NCBI GenBank assembly: GCA_963743635.1
Contig: CAVUQO010000003.1
Coordinates: 576,001-640,000, forward strand
Direction of reading: 5' to 3'
Length of the DNA stretch: 64,000 bases
Source of the DNA: Candidatus Babeliales bacterium
Lineage (GTDB): Bacteria > Babelota > Babeliae > Babelales > Vermiphilaceae
The position numbers and the translations under genes are program-made. The notes under the pieces are model-generated. The model was given only the letters and a program-made list of their open reading frames with translations, was not told where the DNA came from and ran no database searches. Below, piece after piece: positions 34,153-42,915 of this stretch; within the stretch, counting starts at the first letter, position 1; every line of letters starts with the position of its first letter.

Positions 34153-34550
34153 GATTTTGTTTCAAGGGAGTAAATGGCAATGTTCTCACACAACCCAAGG
34201 GTAATTTTTATGTACGTATCAAGATCGAGTTGTGGTTCACTGGCATCGATGCCTTGTTTTAAACAATATGGCTCAAGAGGGTAGATATGCACGAGATCAC
34301 GAGCGATTTCGATTTTTACGAAAGCCTGCGGGGTTTGCGCATAGATCGTGATAGGGAAATTAGTTTTTGCTATCTCTATTAATTGTTCTATTGATCTCTC
34401 CGTATGCGTTTCATGTTTATGAATGTCTTGAAAGTAAATATGTAGGTTGCGTTTTCCATTCCAGAAAAGTAAAGCAATATTCTCATTGGGGGTTGAAAAA
34501 TCTTGTATGAGTGGTGCTGTGTGTGCAGTTATATATGAAATTTTATTCAT
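34149..34550 (-). CDS. Putative immunity protein, paralog of 34571-34993
   Basis: C-terminus LDLDTYIKITLGLCENIAIYSLET resembles IDFARYIRLLLWLCKDFTILGLQT. Confidence 0.6.
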   Translation of the reverse strand: MNKISYITAHTAPLIQDFSTPNENIALLFWNGKRNLHIYFQDIHKHETHTERSIEQLIEIAKTNFPITIYAQTPQAFVKIEIARDLVHIYPLEPYCLKQGIDASEPQLDLDTYIKITLGLCENIAIYSLETKS

Positions 34551-34570
34551 GATTGACCTTTGATTTGTAT

Positions 34571-34993
34571 CTATTCAGTAGTGGTTTGTAATCCAAGGAT
34601 TGTGAAATCTTTGCATAACCATAAGAGAAGTCTTATATATCTCGCAAAGTCGATGGTGCCAGCTTCGATGTCTATTTCTTGTTTCCACGGGAATCCAAAA
34701 TAGAATATGCTAATCCTTATACATTTATCACTTGGATCGATACGCATTAAAAAATCAGTATTTTCAAATTTTACCAGAAGATACGCATCGCTTGTATCAC
34801 ATAGATTTGTATCCGTGAATTTTAAGATCAATGCAGTTGCTTCCTGGGAGCTAAATGCACAGGGATAATAGTCATCGATAGATTGATTGTAATAAATAAA
34901 GCCTAAATTTGAGCCATGTTGAATGATATGCGCAATATTCTTAGAATTGTGCGGGGCATCCAATATAGCTGAAATGGAATGAGATATACTCAT
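34571..34993 (-). CDS. Putative cognate immunity protein
   Basis: ATGA overlap with the toxin stop codon; GAAGG RBS. Confidence 0.65.
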   Translation of the reverse strand: MSISHSISAILDAPHNSKNIAHIIQHGSNLGFIYYNQSIDDYYPCAFSSQEATALILKFTDTNLCDTSDAYLLVKFENTDFLMRIDPSDKCIRISIFYFGFPWKQEIDIEAGTIDFARYIRLLLWLCKDFTILGLQTTTE

Positions 34994-37080
34994 ATTGTTC
35001 CTTCGTGAAATATGATATTTTTTTCTATGAACCACGTTTTCCAGTTTTCTGGTATCGGCCCTTTAGAGTATACCGCATAAGACTTTTTGAGGTGATCCGC
35101 AATTAATTTTTGTTGTTGCAATTTTGATCGGATGTCAGTCACATTAACTTGCTCCCAATTCCAATTCTTGCATTCTATCAATTTGCTTTGAGTGCTAATA
35201 TCAAAATCTCTAGAAGCTTTGCCATTACCTAAGTATTCACCAAATTTGCTAACTTTTTCTCCCTTTGCTTCTAGCTGTGCCGCAACTTCTAATTCGTACA
35301 AAGCTCCTCGAGCAGTGCCCAAGTTTCCGGAAGTTGCATTTTTTTGTCCAGTTTTTACGAGGATAGCAAGTGGATGTTTGGACGGGTCGGCGGCGTCAAT
35401 ACTTTTCAGAAGAGATTCGGCTTCTTTGATTTTAGTTAGATCGCCGAGAGCTGGATCGAGCTCATGCCACGCGATGGGTTCATGCATAGTTTTCAATGTA
35501 GTGGATACTTTGCGTGCGCCGGCAACACCAGCATTCTCTTGCGCTGAAAGCATAACCGTTTCTGCAGCTTCGCCTGCTACAAGAACCTCAAAACCTTCGG
35601 CCGAGGCGAGCAACTTGGGTGCGGTTGCAAGGCCTTGTTCAATTTTTTTGGTAAATTCAACGACTTTGGCTTGAGCTTTTGCGTAGAACTTGCCGGAAAC
35701 GTCTAAACATTTTGCGGTAAGATAGGCTTCGGTACCAAATGCGATTGTACCTCTGACTATCTCTGGGCCAGAGATGCTTTGATATTTTTCGTAAATTTCA
35801 CGGTAGATTGCTTTAATGGGTTTCTCGTAGGCATATATTTTGTCTTGCCCTGCAATTGGATCAAGCAGATACGTTCCTGTAATATCGCATACTTCATACA
35901 GTACTTTACCAAGATGATATATAACGGCTTCTGTGGCGTGTCCGATATTGAGGACAATATCTATTGGGTGTGATAATGTGCGGACGGTATTTACAACTCC
36001 GTCCCCTACACCTTGCACAACCGCCCAGCCGTAATCATTAAGCGCAGAAACAAGATTCGATATTGCCATTGCTTGTTTTACATGTCCGGCGTTGTTGTAT
36101 GCCATTCCAACGTGAGCGAATTCGACGGCCGATTCGGCAATATGGCGAACTCCGGAAATGTGGCCGTGTCGTTCATTGAGAAGGGATGCCCTATTCACGT
36201 TTGTTACGAATTCGTCGTGAATATGTTGCTGTAAGGCATTACCATGACATTGTTTGAAATTGTCGGCGTCCAGATCAAGAGCTTGTAGTAATGGGTTTGC
36301 AACGGAAAGAACGGTGTATTTTTGCGTTCTAGAAGCAAAATTTTCATCTATGGTCTTTTCTATTACATAGGCGCGGTTCATTATAGCTTTTTCGTTCGGC
36401 GATTGAGCTTTTTCAATTGACCGAGCTGTATCAACAATAGCAGTAAGATCTTTCTTTTGTGCTTGAATGGTAGCAGTGACTTGCTGTGCGATTGCTTCAC
36501 GTTGCTTTGCTATTGCGGCTTGTTGTACGCGGACTCGTTCCTGATGCCTCATTGCTAGAACTTGTTTTGATTGTTCAGCTTCTTTGGAAATAAAATCTTT
36601 GACGCTGGAGCGACGCGCTATAAAGACATTATCAAGGTTCTTAGCGAGTGTTTTATCTTGCATGATTTGGTTATTAAGCCCCACCATGGCTTCATGATAA
36701 CCTTCGAGTGTTGCTATGTACGCGCGAAAAGATGGGAATTGATAGAGGTTAAATTGGCAAAAAAGATCATTACGGTCTACTTGATGCAATAAATGTACGC
36801 TTTGACCGGCCATATTGCTGAAAAAGTTATCCCATTGGCTAGTGGTGAAGCTCGAATGTTTTTGTATGGTATGGGCACGGAGTGATGAAAAAACAGTACG
36901 AACGAAGGTGAAGACTTGAGGTGCGCAATATGTCTGAGTGGTCGTCACCGGTCTAACGCAGACGGAAACAAAAACTCCGTCATCAGAGCCTTTTTTATTG
37001 GAAGAAAATTCAACACCAGAAAATAGTGGACATGGGAGTAATGCTACGCTGAGGATGAATGTTTTGATTTGTGGACGCAT
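34990..37080 (-). CDS. Secreted polymorphic toxin with a C-terminal PD-(D/E)xK nuclease-like domain
   Basis: Signal peptide, helical stalk, pre-toxin-like GVGDGVVNTVRTLSHP segment, C-terminal YELEVA...DFDI...LIECK. Confidence 0.7.
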   Translation of the reverse strand: MRPQIKTFILSVALLPCPLFSGVEFSSNKKGSDDGVFVSVCVRPVTTTQTYCAPQVFTFVRTVFSSLRAHTIQKHSSFTTSQWDNFFSNMAGQSVHLLHQVDRNDLFCQFNLYQFPSFRAYIATLEGYHEAMVGLNNQIMQDKTLAKNLDNVFIARRSSVKDFISKEAEQSKQVLAMRHQERVRVQQAAIAKQREAIAQQVTATIQAQKKDLTAIVDTARSIEKAQSPNEKAIMNRAYVIEKTIDENFASRTQKYTVLSVANPLLQALDLDADNFKQCHGNALQQHIHDEFVTNVNRASLLNERHGHISGVRHIAESAVEFAHVGMAYNNAGHVKQAMAISNLVSALNDYGWAVVQGVGDGVVNTVRTLSHPIDIVLNIGHATEAVIYHLGKVLYEVCDITGTYLLDPIAGQDKIYAYEKPIKAIYREIYEKYQSISGPEIVRGTIAFGTEAYLTAKCLDVSGKFYAKAQAKVVEFTKKIEQGLATAPKLLASAEGFEVLVAGEAAETVMLSAQENAGVAGARKVSTTLKTMHEPIAWHELDPALGDLTKIKEAESLLKSIDAADPSKHPLAILVKTGQKNATSGNLGTARGALYELEVAAQLEAKGEKVSKFGEYLGNGKASRDFDISTQSKLIECKNWNWEQVNVTDIRSKLQQQKLIADHLKKSYAVYSKGPIPENWKTWFIEKNIIFHEGTI

Positions 37081-37139
37081 GGTATTGCTAAGCATGATGG
37101 CGGATCCTGCAAATGGTTATATGCTATGAGTATGCTGAC

Positions 37140-38381
37140 TTAAGTAGAGGTAATTTTACTGATTATATTCATGATAATCCAGATACCATTTATCCTATTC
37201 CACGTAAGATTTTCAGTATCTCTGTTTAGAGCTCGTTGTTTTTCTTGCTCTTCTTTGGTTGCAGTTCGCTGGAGTGCGACCTCTTTTTTTATTTTTTCCA
37301 ATTCTTTCATGAAATGTGTTTGGGCAATTGGTTCGCTATTACATACTGCATTTCTATGCGCATGTTTGCAAAGATTCGAAATATTCCGAACGCTAAAATT
37401 TTTTGTTTCTCTGATGAGTGTTTCGATGTCTTCTTTGGAGCAATATTCATCGAGTTTTTGTTGCGTATATTTTTCTGAAAAATGATCGAGCAGTTCTGTA
37501 CGGTGTTGGGCATCAGGATTTTTCATATGGATGCAAAGATCGACTCTGTTCCTGAGTTCCACCGGAACTCTATTGAGATGGTTGGTAGCAAAAATGAAAA
37601 ATACGCATGGATTATTTTTATTTTTATCAATGTGGCGCCACAGTGCTTTGTAGGCAGCATCATACTCAGTACGAGCAGTTGAATTTTCATTGCAGGAAAA
37701 GGCATCTATTTCATCGATAAAAATAATAACTCGTTTTTTGTATGCTTTTCCCTCTGCGATAGCATTTTCAATGCTTTCATTAATAATCGCTTTACTGCCG
37801 CCGATAAAGCCATCCAGAACATCTGCGCCGTAAATTTCCACAAAGTGGCTATCGGTGTTTTTCGCGATTGCTTGTGCAAGTGCCGTCTTGCCTACTCCGG
37901 TAGGACCTTCCAATAAAAGTACATTATCGATTTCTTTTTCATGACGAAAGATAAGTCCTAGGCTGATTTCCTTGTTATCTTCTTTGAGTTGCTCAATGAT
38001 TGGGCGTATTTCTGGTGGGCAGGCACCGATCATGCCCGGTATTTCGTAGCGAGGTTCATCTGAATCGTAATTGGGCGTATAGTCTATTTTTTTGAGTTGT
38101 TTTTGGTACCAATAGTATCCAGCACCCAACGCAACAATCCCCCCTGCAGCGAGATGAGAAAAATAGGGAGAGCCAGTTGCAGCGTTGATGTTAGTGGTAA
38201 TTGCTGCATAAGCGTTTGAAAATATATTGCTACTATTCGCGGATTGTGCATTTTGTAGAGTACTTGCTCCAGAAGCAAAAGGGAGTGGTATATGTGCTGA
38301 TGAGTATGCAAGATTTGAAAGGCTAAGAAATAGTATAAATGTTTTTAGGGTTCGAGTGTGAATGTGCATGATAATGTGCAT
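37140..38381 (-). CDS. Signal-peptide-bearing AAA+ ATPase with an internal TM segment
   Basis: GPTGVGKT, IFIDEID, FATN and LRNR; TM LAAGGIVALGAGYYW. Confidence 0.88.
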   Translation of the reverse strand: MHIIMHIHTRTLKTFILFLSLSNLAYSSAHIPLPFASGASTLQNAQSANSSNIFSNAYAAITTNINAATGSPYFSHLAAGGIVALGAGYYWYQKQLKKIDYTPNYDSDEPRYEIPGMIGACPPEIRPIIEQLKEDNKEISLGLIFRHEKEIDNVLLLEGPTGVGKTALAQAIAKNTDSHFVEIYGADVLDGFIGGSKAIINESIENAIAEGKAYKKRVIIFIDEIDAFSCNENSTARTEYDAAYKALWRHIDKNKNNPCVFFIFATNHLNRVPVELRNRVDLCIHMKNPDAQHRTELLDHFSEKYTQQKLDEYCSKEDIETLIRETKNFSVRNISNLCKHAHRNAVCNSEPIAQTHFMKELEKIKKEVALQRTATKEEQEKQRALNRDTENLTWNRINGIWIIMNIISKITST

Positions 38382-38455
38382 GATTTGGTACCTGAATGAA
38401 AGACACACTCTATTGAGCATGTCTTTCCAGTTTGTATAATATATTTCTTGGGAGA

Positions 38456-39592
38456 TTAAGAGTACTGGCGTAAAAGGCGCTCAGTGCTTTCTTCATTAAA
38501 CGCAGCTCTTTGTATGTTATATGAGGCTTGCTGTAATTTGAGTATTTCTTGCTGTATTGCGTCCTGTTCGTTCTCTCTTTTTAAGGTTCGTTGCTTTTCG
38601 AGTTCAGCTTCAGTTGGAGTATGTTGTAGCGCAACTTTTGCCTTCATTGCCTGTAAGGCGTACAGGAGATGATTTTCGGTAATTGGTGTGTTTTCACGTG
38701 CTGCATAATCACGACTGGAAAAACAGAGGTCTTCAATATCACGAATACTGAAATGTTCCGTTTGTTCTACTACCGTTTGTATGCACGTATCGGTACAGTA
38801 TTCTGCAAGTTTTTTCTGTGCGAGTTCCTTTGAAAAACAATCTAGTAATTCCCGGCGTTGTTGAGCATCAGGATTTTTCATCGAAACAATCTTACGGCCT
38901 ATTCTGTTTTTGAATGGAAGGGGTAAGCGATCCAAGCGATTGGTTGCAAAGATAAAAAGAACTTCTGGTTTGTACTGATTGTCATCTATATAGCACCACA
39001 AGGCTGCCATCGCAGCATCGTATTCAGTATGAGCGGCTGATGTTTCATTATTTGCAAGTTTGTCTATTTCATCAAATAAAATGACTACTCGCTTGTTAAG
39101 CGCTTTGCCTTCGGCCATTGCTTTGTCAATTTCTGCCATAAGGGCTTCTGTGGTTCCTCCAAGGTAGCGATTCAGAAGCTTAGGTGTGTTAATTTTAAAG
39201 AAATGGCTGTCTGATTCTTTGGCTATTGCTTCGGCAAGTCTTGTTTTGCCGATTCCAGTCGGTCCTTCGAACAGGAGCAGATTTTTATCTTCGCTTTTTT
39301 CAGAAGGTTTTGGTCCAAAACTAATTTTGTTAGCTTCTCGCATGAGACGTTTGATGGTGTCGCATGCGTCAGTTGGACATGTTCCGGCCATGCCGGACAC
39401 ATAACAAGGAGGAATTTTCGGAGTGTAAGGATTCTCAACTGGTGGTGTTGGAGCTGCTGGCGGTGTTACTGGAGCAGTAGGCGGAGGCGGTGATGGGTAA
39501 AGCCAATATGCTTGCACTGAAATGTGTGAAATGGCAACAAGTAGAATAAAAATTTTGCGCGCGTAAGAATATGTGCATCTGGTGTTATGCAT
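38456..39592 (-). CDS. Signal-peptide-bearing AAA+ ATPase with a Pro-rich N-terminus (paralog of 37140)
   Basis: GPTGIGKT, ILFDEID; shares TEYDAA..ALW..ID and MKNPDAQ.R with its neighbour. Confidence 0.88.
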   Translation of the reverse strand: MHNTRCTYSYARKIFILLVAISHISVQAYWLYPSPPPPTAPVTPPAAPTPPVENPYTPKIPPCYVSGMAGTCPTDACDTIKRLMREANKISFGPKPSEKSEDKNLLLFEGPTGIGKTRLAEAIAKESDSHFFKINTPKLLNRYLGGTTEALMAEIDKAMAEGKALNKRVVILFDEIDKLANNETSAAHTEYDAAMAALWCYIDDNQYKPEVLFIFATNRLDRLPLPFKNRIGRKIVSMKNPDAQQRRELLDCFSKELAQKKLAEYCTDTCIQTVVEQTEHFSIRDIEDLCFSSRDYAARENTPITENHLLYALQAMKAKVALQHTPTEAELEKQRTLKRENEQDAIQQEILKLQQASYNIQRAAFNEESTERLLRQYS

Positions 39593-39717
39593 CGGTGTCC
39601 CCTAAGAACAAGTATGAAAATGTATAGTAATTTCTGATTTGTAACTATACCTAAATTCGTATAGAAGTTCAACCGGATTTTTACATTTGCATGCAACTAA
39701 TCGCGAGCGTGTGGAGC

Positions 39718-42462
39718 TCACTGGAAGTTATATTCCTTGCAGCGGCGGTTGACGGAAGAGCGGTTGACGCCGAGAAATGCGGCGATTTGATTTTGGTTTT
39801 TGAATTTGTTCCAGAGTATCGTCATCGTCTTATGATCGCGCAGCGCATGTTTGCCCATGCGGGCTGCTTGGATGAGTGTTGGATCGCTCACCGTATATGC
39901 TGGATCAAATTGAGTTTCTTGGTAGATATGATTCTTTTTTGATTTATCGATGAGTAGTTGTTGAATACGTTTTTTCAATGCAGTTAAACTTACTGGACGT
40001 TGATGCGCAAGTTTGTTTTTTTCGCTCGGCGTGAGCTCAAAGAGCGTTTTGAAATCGTTGACCGTGAGTGCTTGCTGTGTAAAGCCATCAGCGAGTGCGT
40101 GCAGTTCGTCTTCAGGCAGTGTCAGCAAAGATGGCATGGAGAGAGTTGTTCTTTTTAATTCGTTAAACAGTGCTTTGGAGAAGATACCTTCTTGTACGAG
40201 CGCTTGTAAATTATGATTCGTCGAACAAATGACGCGCACATTACTCGCGGCGTGCGTATCACTTTTGAAGGTGCGATAGAATCCTGTTTTAAGAAACTCT
40301 GCCAAATATTCCTGCGTTTCAAGATTCATGAAATGCACATTTTCGATAAAGAGGGTGCCCGTAGTACTCAGTTTTTCAAGAAGCGGTTGCACACCATTTT
40401 CTATGCCGAGCATAGGATTTATACCGAATAATTTGATAGCAAGATCAAAATTGGTATTTGGGTAGTGCAATTTTATGACGTGCAGCTGTTCGCGCAGATT
40501 AATGTGATGCAATATTTCTACCGTTGCGAGAAGGTCATCTTCCGGCATATCGAGTAAAATTGCTTTTTTGGTGAGCGCAACTTGCAACAGTTCGATTTTA
40601 AAATTCAGGAGTATTTCACCAGATCCTGGAATGAGCTGATTGATGAGCCTTCCCGATTCGGTAGTTTCTAAATAGAGTAAATAATCCCACGTGGTAGGAT
40701 CTTGGAGTAAATCAATTTGTTTGGAAATAATATCGGATATATCGGGCCGGCAGATGGTGATGATAACATTATTATGCTCAAGATTGGGAACTGCGGAGAT
40801 GACGAGCTTGTTATCCGTTTGATCCTGCGTGAGTGCCGTTTGCGGCGCCTTATATTCCTCCACTTGGTGTGCGATGTGCCGTAGCGTTTTGGTGAGTGGG
40901 TGACCTTCTTGTTGGTTGAGGTTGATGTTGATCAAATCTTTAGCGATTTTGTTGCCGTAAATAAAACGGCGATTCTTATAAAACAGAATACCAATCTCTT
41001 TTTGCTTTGAATTACGCAGGAATGAACGCATGCTTTCTTTATATTGATTAATTTCTTGGTGTTTTGCATAGAGCTCTTCCTTGAGGAGCTTTTCTTGCTG
41101 AATGAGCCCATCAACACTGCGGTTTTGCAGTAGATTAATACTTTTTCCTAAGTAACTCGCAAAGACAAGCATTTCGTCGTGCTCAACATTGCCATAAAAT
41201 TCATGCTCACGCGCATGCCGTTCGACGATTATATAGGCGATAATTTTATTGTGTTCAAAGATGGGAATGAAGATATCCGCATTAATTGATTCAAGAAAGT
41301 TAAGGATGATCGTACGCGTCGGTTTTTGCTCGTAAAAATTACTGAAGGCTATTTCATCATGGATAAGTACTTTCATGCGGTTAATATAATCGCAGACCGC
41401 TTCATCATGCGTAGTCATGAACTGCTCTACAAACGCCTCGAGTTTTGAAGTTTCTCCGGATATTGTTGATTGCGCGACGTGGTTGAGGTTGCGAATCGAA
41501 AGTGCTGTTTTATTGCGAGGTATGTCAAAGGCGTTCTTGAAAAAATGCTGCGTCACTTGTCCGAGTTCATTGAGGGTTGTTGCCTGACTGAGCTGCTCAA
41601 GTACCTCTTTGAAATCATCGATGAAATCAAAATGGCGCGTTGACTGAACGTGATTTTTAAAATTAAGAAAGCGTAATCCTATTACATTTTTTATGCCGTA
41701 ATAAATGGCATACGTTATTAGGATTGTGGAAACGCTGACGATGGCATACAAATTTCCTTGCAGAAGGCCCCTAAAATTAAACTGACATGCTTGGAGTGTT
41801 TCGGTGATGGTATATGGTAATACCAGATATAAGGTGAAGATGCGGAGTTGTTTTTGCAGGATTTTGGGCACTTGTGATTTGCGTATGGTGCGTACTGCGG
41901 AAATAAGGATAGGCAGGGTGATGCATACCAGCAGATATATTGCGACGATGCGCATCATAAATGCTTCAAGGGGCAGGTTAGGATCAAGCATGGGAAGGCG
42001 AAAGGCTTCTCCACGCTCAGCTTTCGATATTCCGTTGGCAAAAAAAATGGCGAGCATCAAAAAATAGGCGCCGAATGCAGCACTGATGAGCGAGAATGTT
42101 TTATGAATTCTATTGAGCCGAAATGTTTTGGTTGAAAGACTCTCAATTAATAAGGCGAGTGATTGATATTGCAGTATGAGAAATGTCCATGATATTCGTA
42201 CGAAAAAGGTATATACCCCATATGGCATATCGGGAAAAGCGAGCTGACGCGCAAATTTTACGATCCATGCGAGATCACCAAACATTGAGCCGATGAGAGT
42301 GCAGAGCAAGAAGAGCCATGGTTTATTGAGCGGAGTGGTACGCAAACCTTGAGGTATAATTAATTTGAGCAAATAGGTTTTGACGGCAAAAGAAATTAAA
42401 GTTGCGGTCATGATGAATCCAGGACTCGCTAAGATACGATAGATTTCTTCGATGAATATCAT
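39718..42462 (-). CDS. Membrane-bound one-component regulator 1 (multi-TM, GAF-like, degenerate sigma54-activator AAA+, Fis-type HTH)
   Basis: About 7 N-terminal TMs; GAF-like ADIFIPI...IIAYIIV; GTLFIENVHFM...NVRVICSTN...LFNEL; C-terminal [20 protein letters not shown]. Confidence 0.85.
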   Translation of the reverse strand: MIFIEEIYRILASPGFIMTATLISFAVKTYLLKLIIPQGLRTTPLNKPWLFLLCTLIGSMFGDLAWIVKFARQLAFPDMPYGVYTFFVRISWTFLILQYQSLALLIESLSTKTFRLNRIHKTFSLISAAFGAYFLMLAIFFANGISKAERGEAFRLPMLDPNLPLEAFMMRIVAIYLLVCITLPILISAVRTIRKSQVPKILQKQLRIFTLYLVLPYTITETLQACQFNFRGLLQGNLYAIVSVSTILITYAIYYGIKNVIGLRFLNFKNHVQSTRHFDFIDDFKEVLEQLSQATTLNELGQVTQHFFKNAFDIPRNKTALSIRNLNHVAQSTISGETSKLEAFVEQFMTTHDEAVCDYINRMKVLIHDEIAFSNFYEQKPTRTIILNFLESINADIFIPIFEHNKIIAYIIVERHAREHEFYGNVEHDEMLVFASYLGKSINLLQNRSVDGLIQQEKLLKEELYAKHQEINQYKESMRSFLRNSKQKEIGILFYKNRRFIYGNKIAKDLININLNQQEGHPLTKTLRHIAHQVEEYKAPQTALTQDQTDNKLVISAVPNLEHNNVIITICRPDISDIISKQIDLLQDPTTWDYLLYLETTESGRLINQLIPGSGEILLNFKIELLQVALTKKAILLDMPEDDLLATVEILHHINLREQLHVIKLHYPNTNFDLAIKLFGINPMLGIENGVQPLLEKLSTTGTLFIENVHFMNLETQEYLAEFLKTGFYRTFKSDTHAASNVRVICSTNHNLQALVQEGIFSKALFNELKRTTLSMPSLLTLPEDELHALADGFTQQALTVNDFKTLFELTPSEKNKLAHQRPVSLTALKKRIQQLLIDKSKKNHIYQETQFDPAYTVSDPTLIQAARMGKHALRDHKTMTILWNKFKNQNQIAAFLGVNRSSVNRRCKEYNFQ

Positions 42463-42467
42463 TTTTA

Positions 42468-42496
42468 TTGATCTTGTGTTATGGTCCCGTTATACT
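42468..42496 (+). promoter_or_regulatory. sigma70-type promoter for peptide gene 1
   Basis: TTGATC (42468-73), 17-bp spacer, TATACT (42491-96); same position relative to the regulator ATG as at 47441. Confidence 0.7.
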
Positions 42497-42639
42497 ACTA
42501 CGCAAATTGTATAGAAGTATTAACACTAAAAACGCAATATGTTAAGCATTAACTATTTTTGGGTATTACTTTCTAGTGTTGGAAAAATTGTATTGGTGAT
42601 GTATTCAATGTTTTGGTTATAACCTTAGGGGATATTATT

Positions 42640-42762
42640 ATGATAAATCGTAAAAAATTATTGAGACTTGGATATGTGATTGTGTTCTTTAATGTGGGAT
42701 GTGCATTCGCAGCATGGCCGCCACCACCAGATGATGCTCCTCAGATGAATATCCAAAAGTAA
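42640..42762 (+). CDS. 40-aa secreted peptide precursor MINRKKLLRLGYVIVFFNVGCAFAAWPPPPDDAPQMNIQK
   Basis: AGGGG RBS, basic n-region, hydrophobic h-region, AFA cleavage motif, terminator 19 bp downstream. Confidence 0.78.
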   Translation: MINRKKLLRLGYVIVFFNVGCAFAAWPPPPDDAPQMNIQK

Positions 42763-42780
42763 CAAAACATAAAAAATAAA

Positions 42781-42820
42781 AAAACTGCACTGTAGATTTG
42801 AGTCTACGGTGCAGTTTTTT
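42781..42820. terminator. Bidirectional terminator, homologous to 44619-44662
   Basis: AAAACTGCACTGTAGA...TCTACGGTGCAGTTTT. Confidence 0.88.
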
Positions 42821-42829
42821 AATAGCTTT

Positions 42830-42874
42830 ACCCATTCGATACCTCGCTTCGCTTGGTCCTCAGGGCGAACGGGG
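42830..42874 (+). repeat. Repeat family B copy
   Basis: ACCCATTCGA...CCTCAGGGCGAACGGG. Confidence 0.8.
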
Positions 42875-42915
42875 AATAAATATCTTTTTTGCGCTGTTTC
42901 TTAGATGAGTCCACC

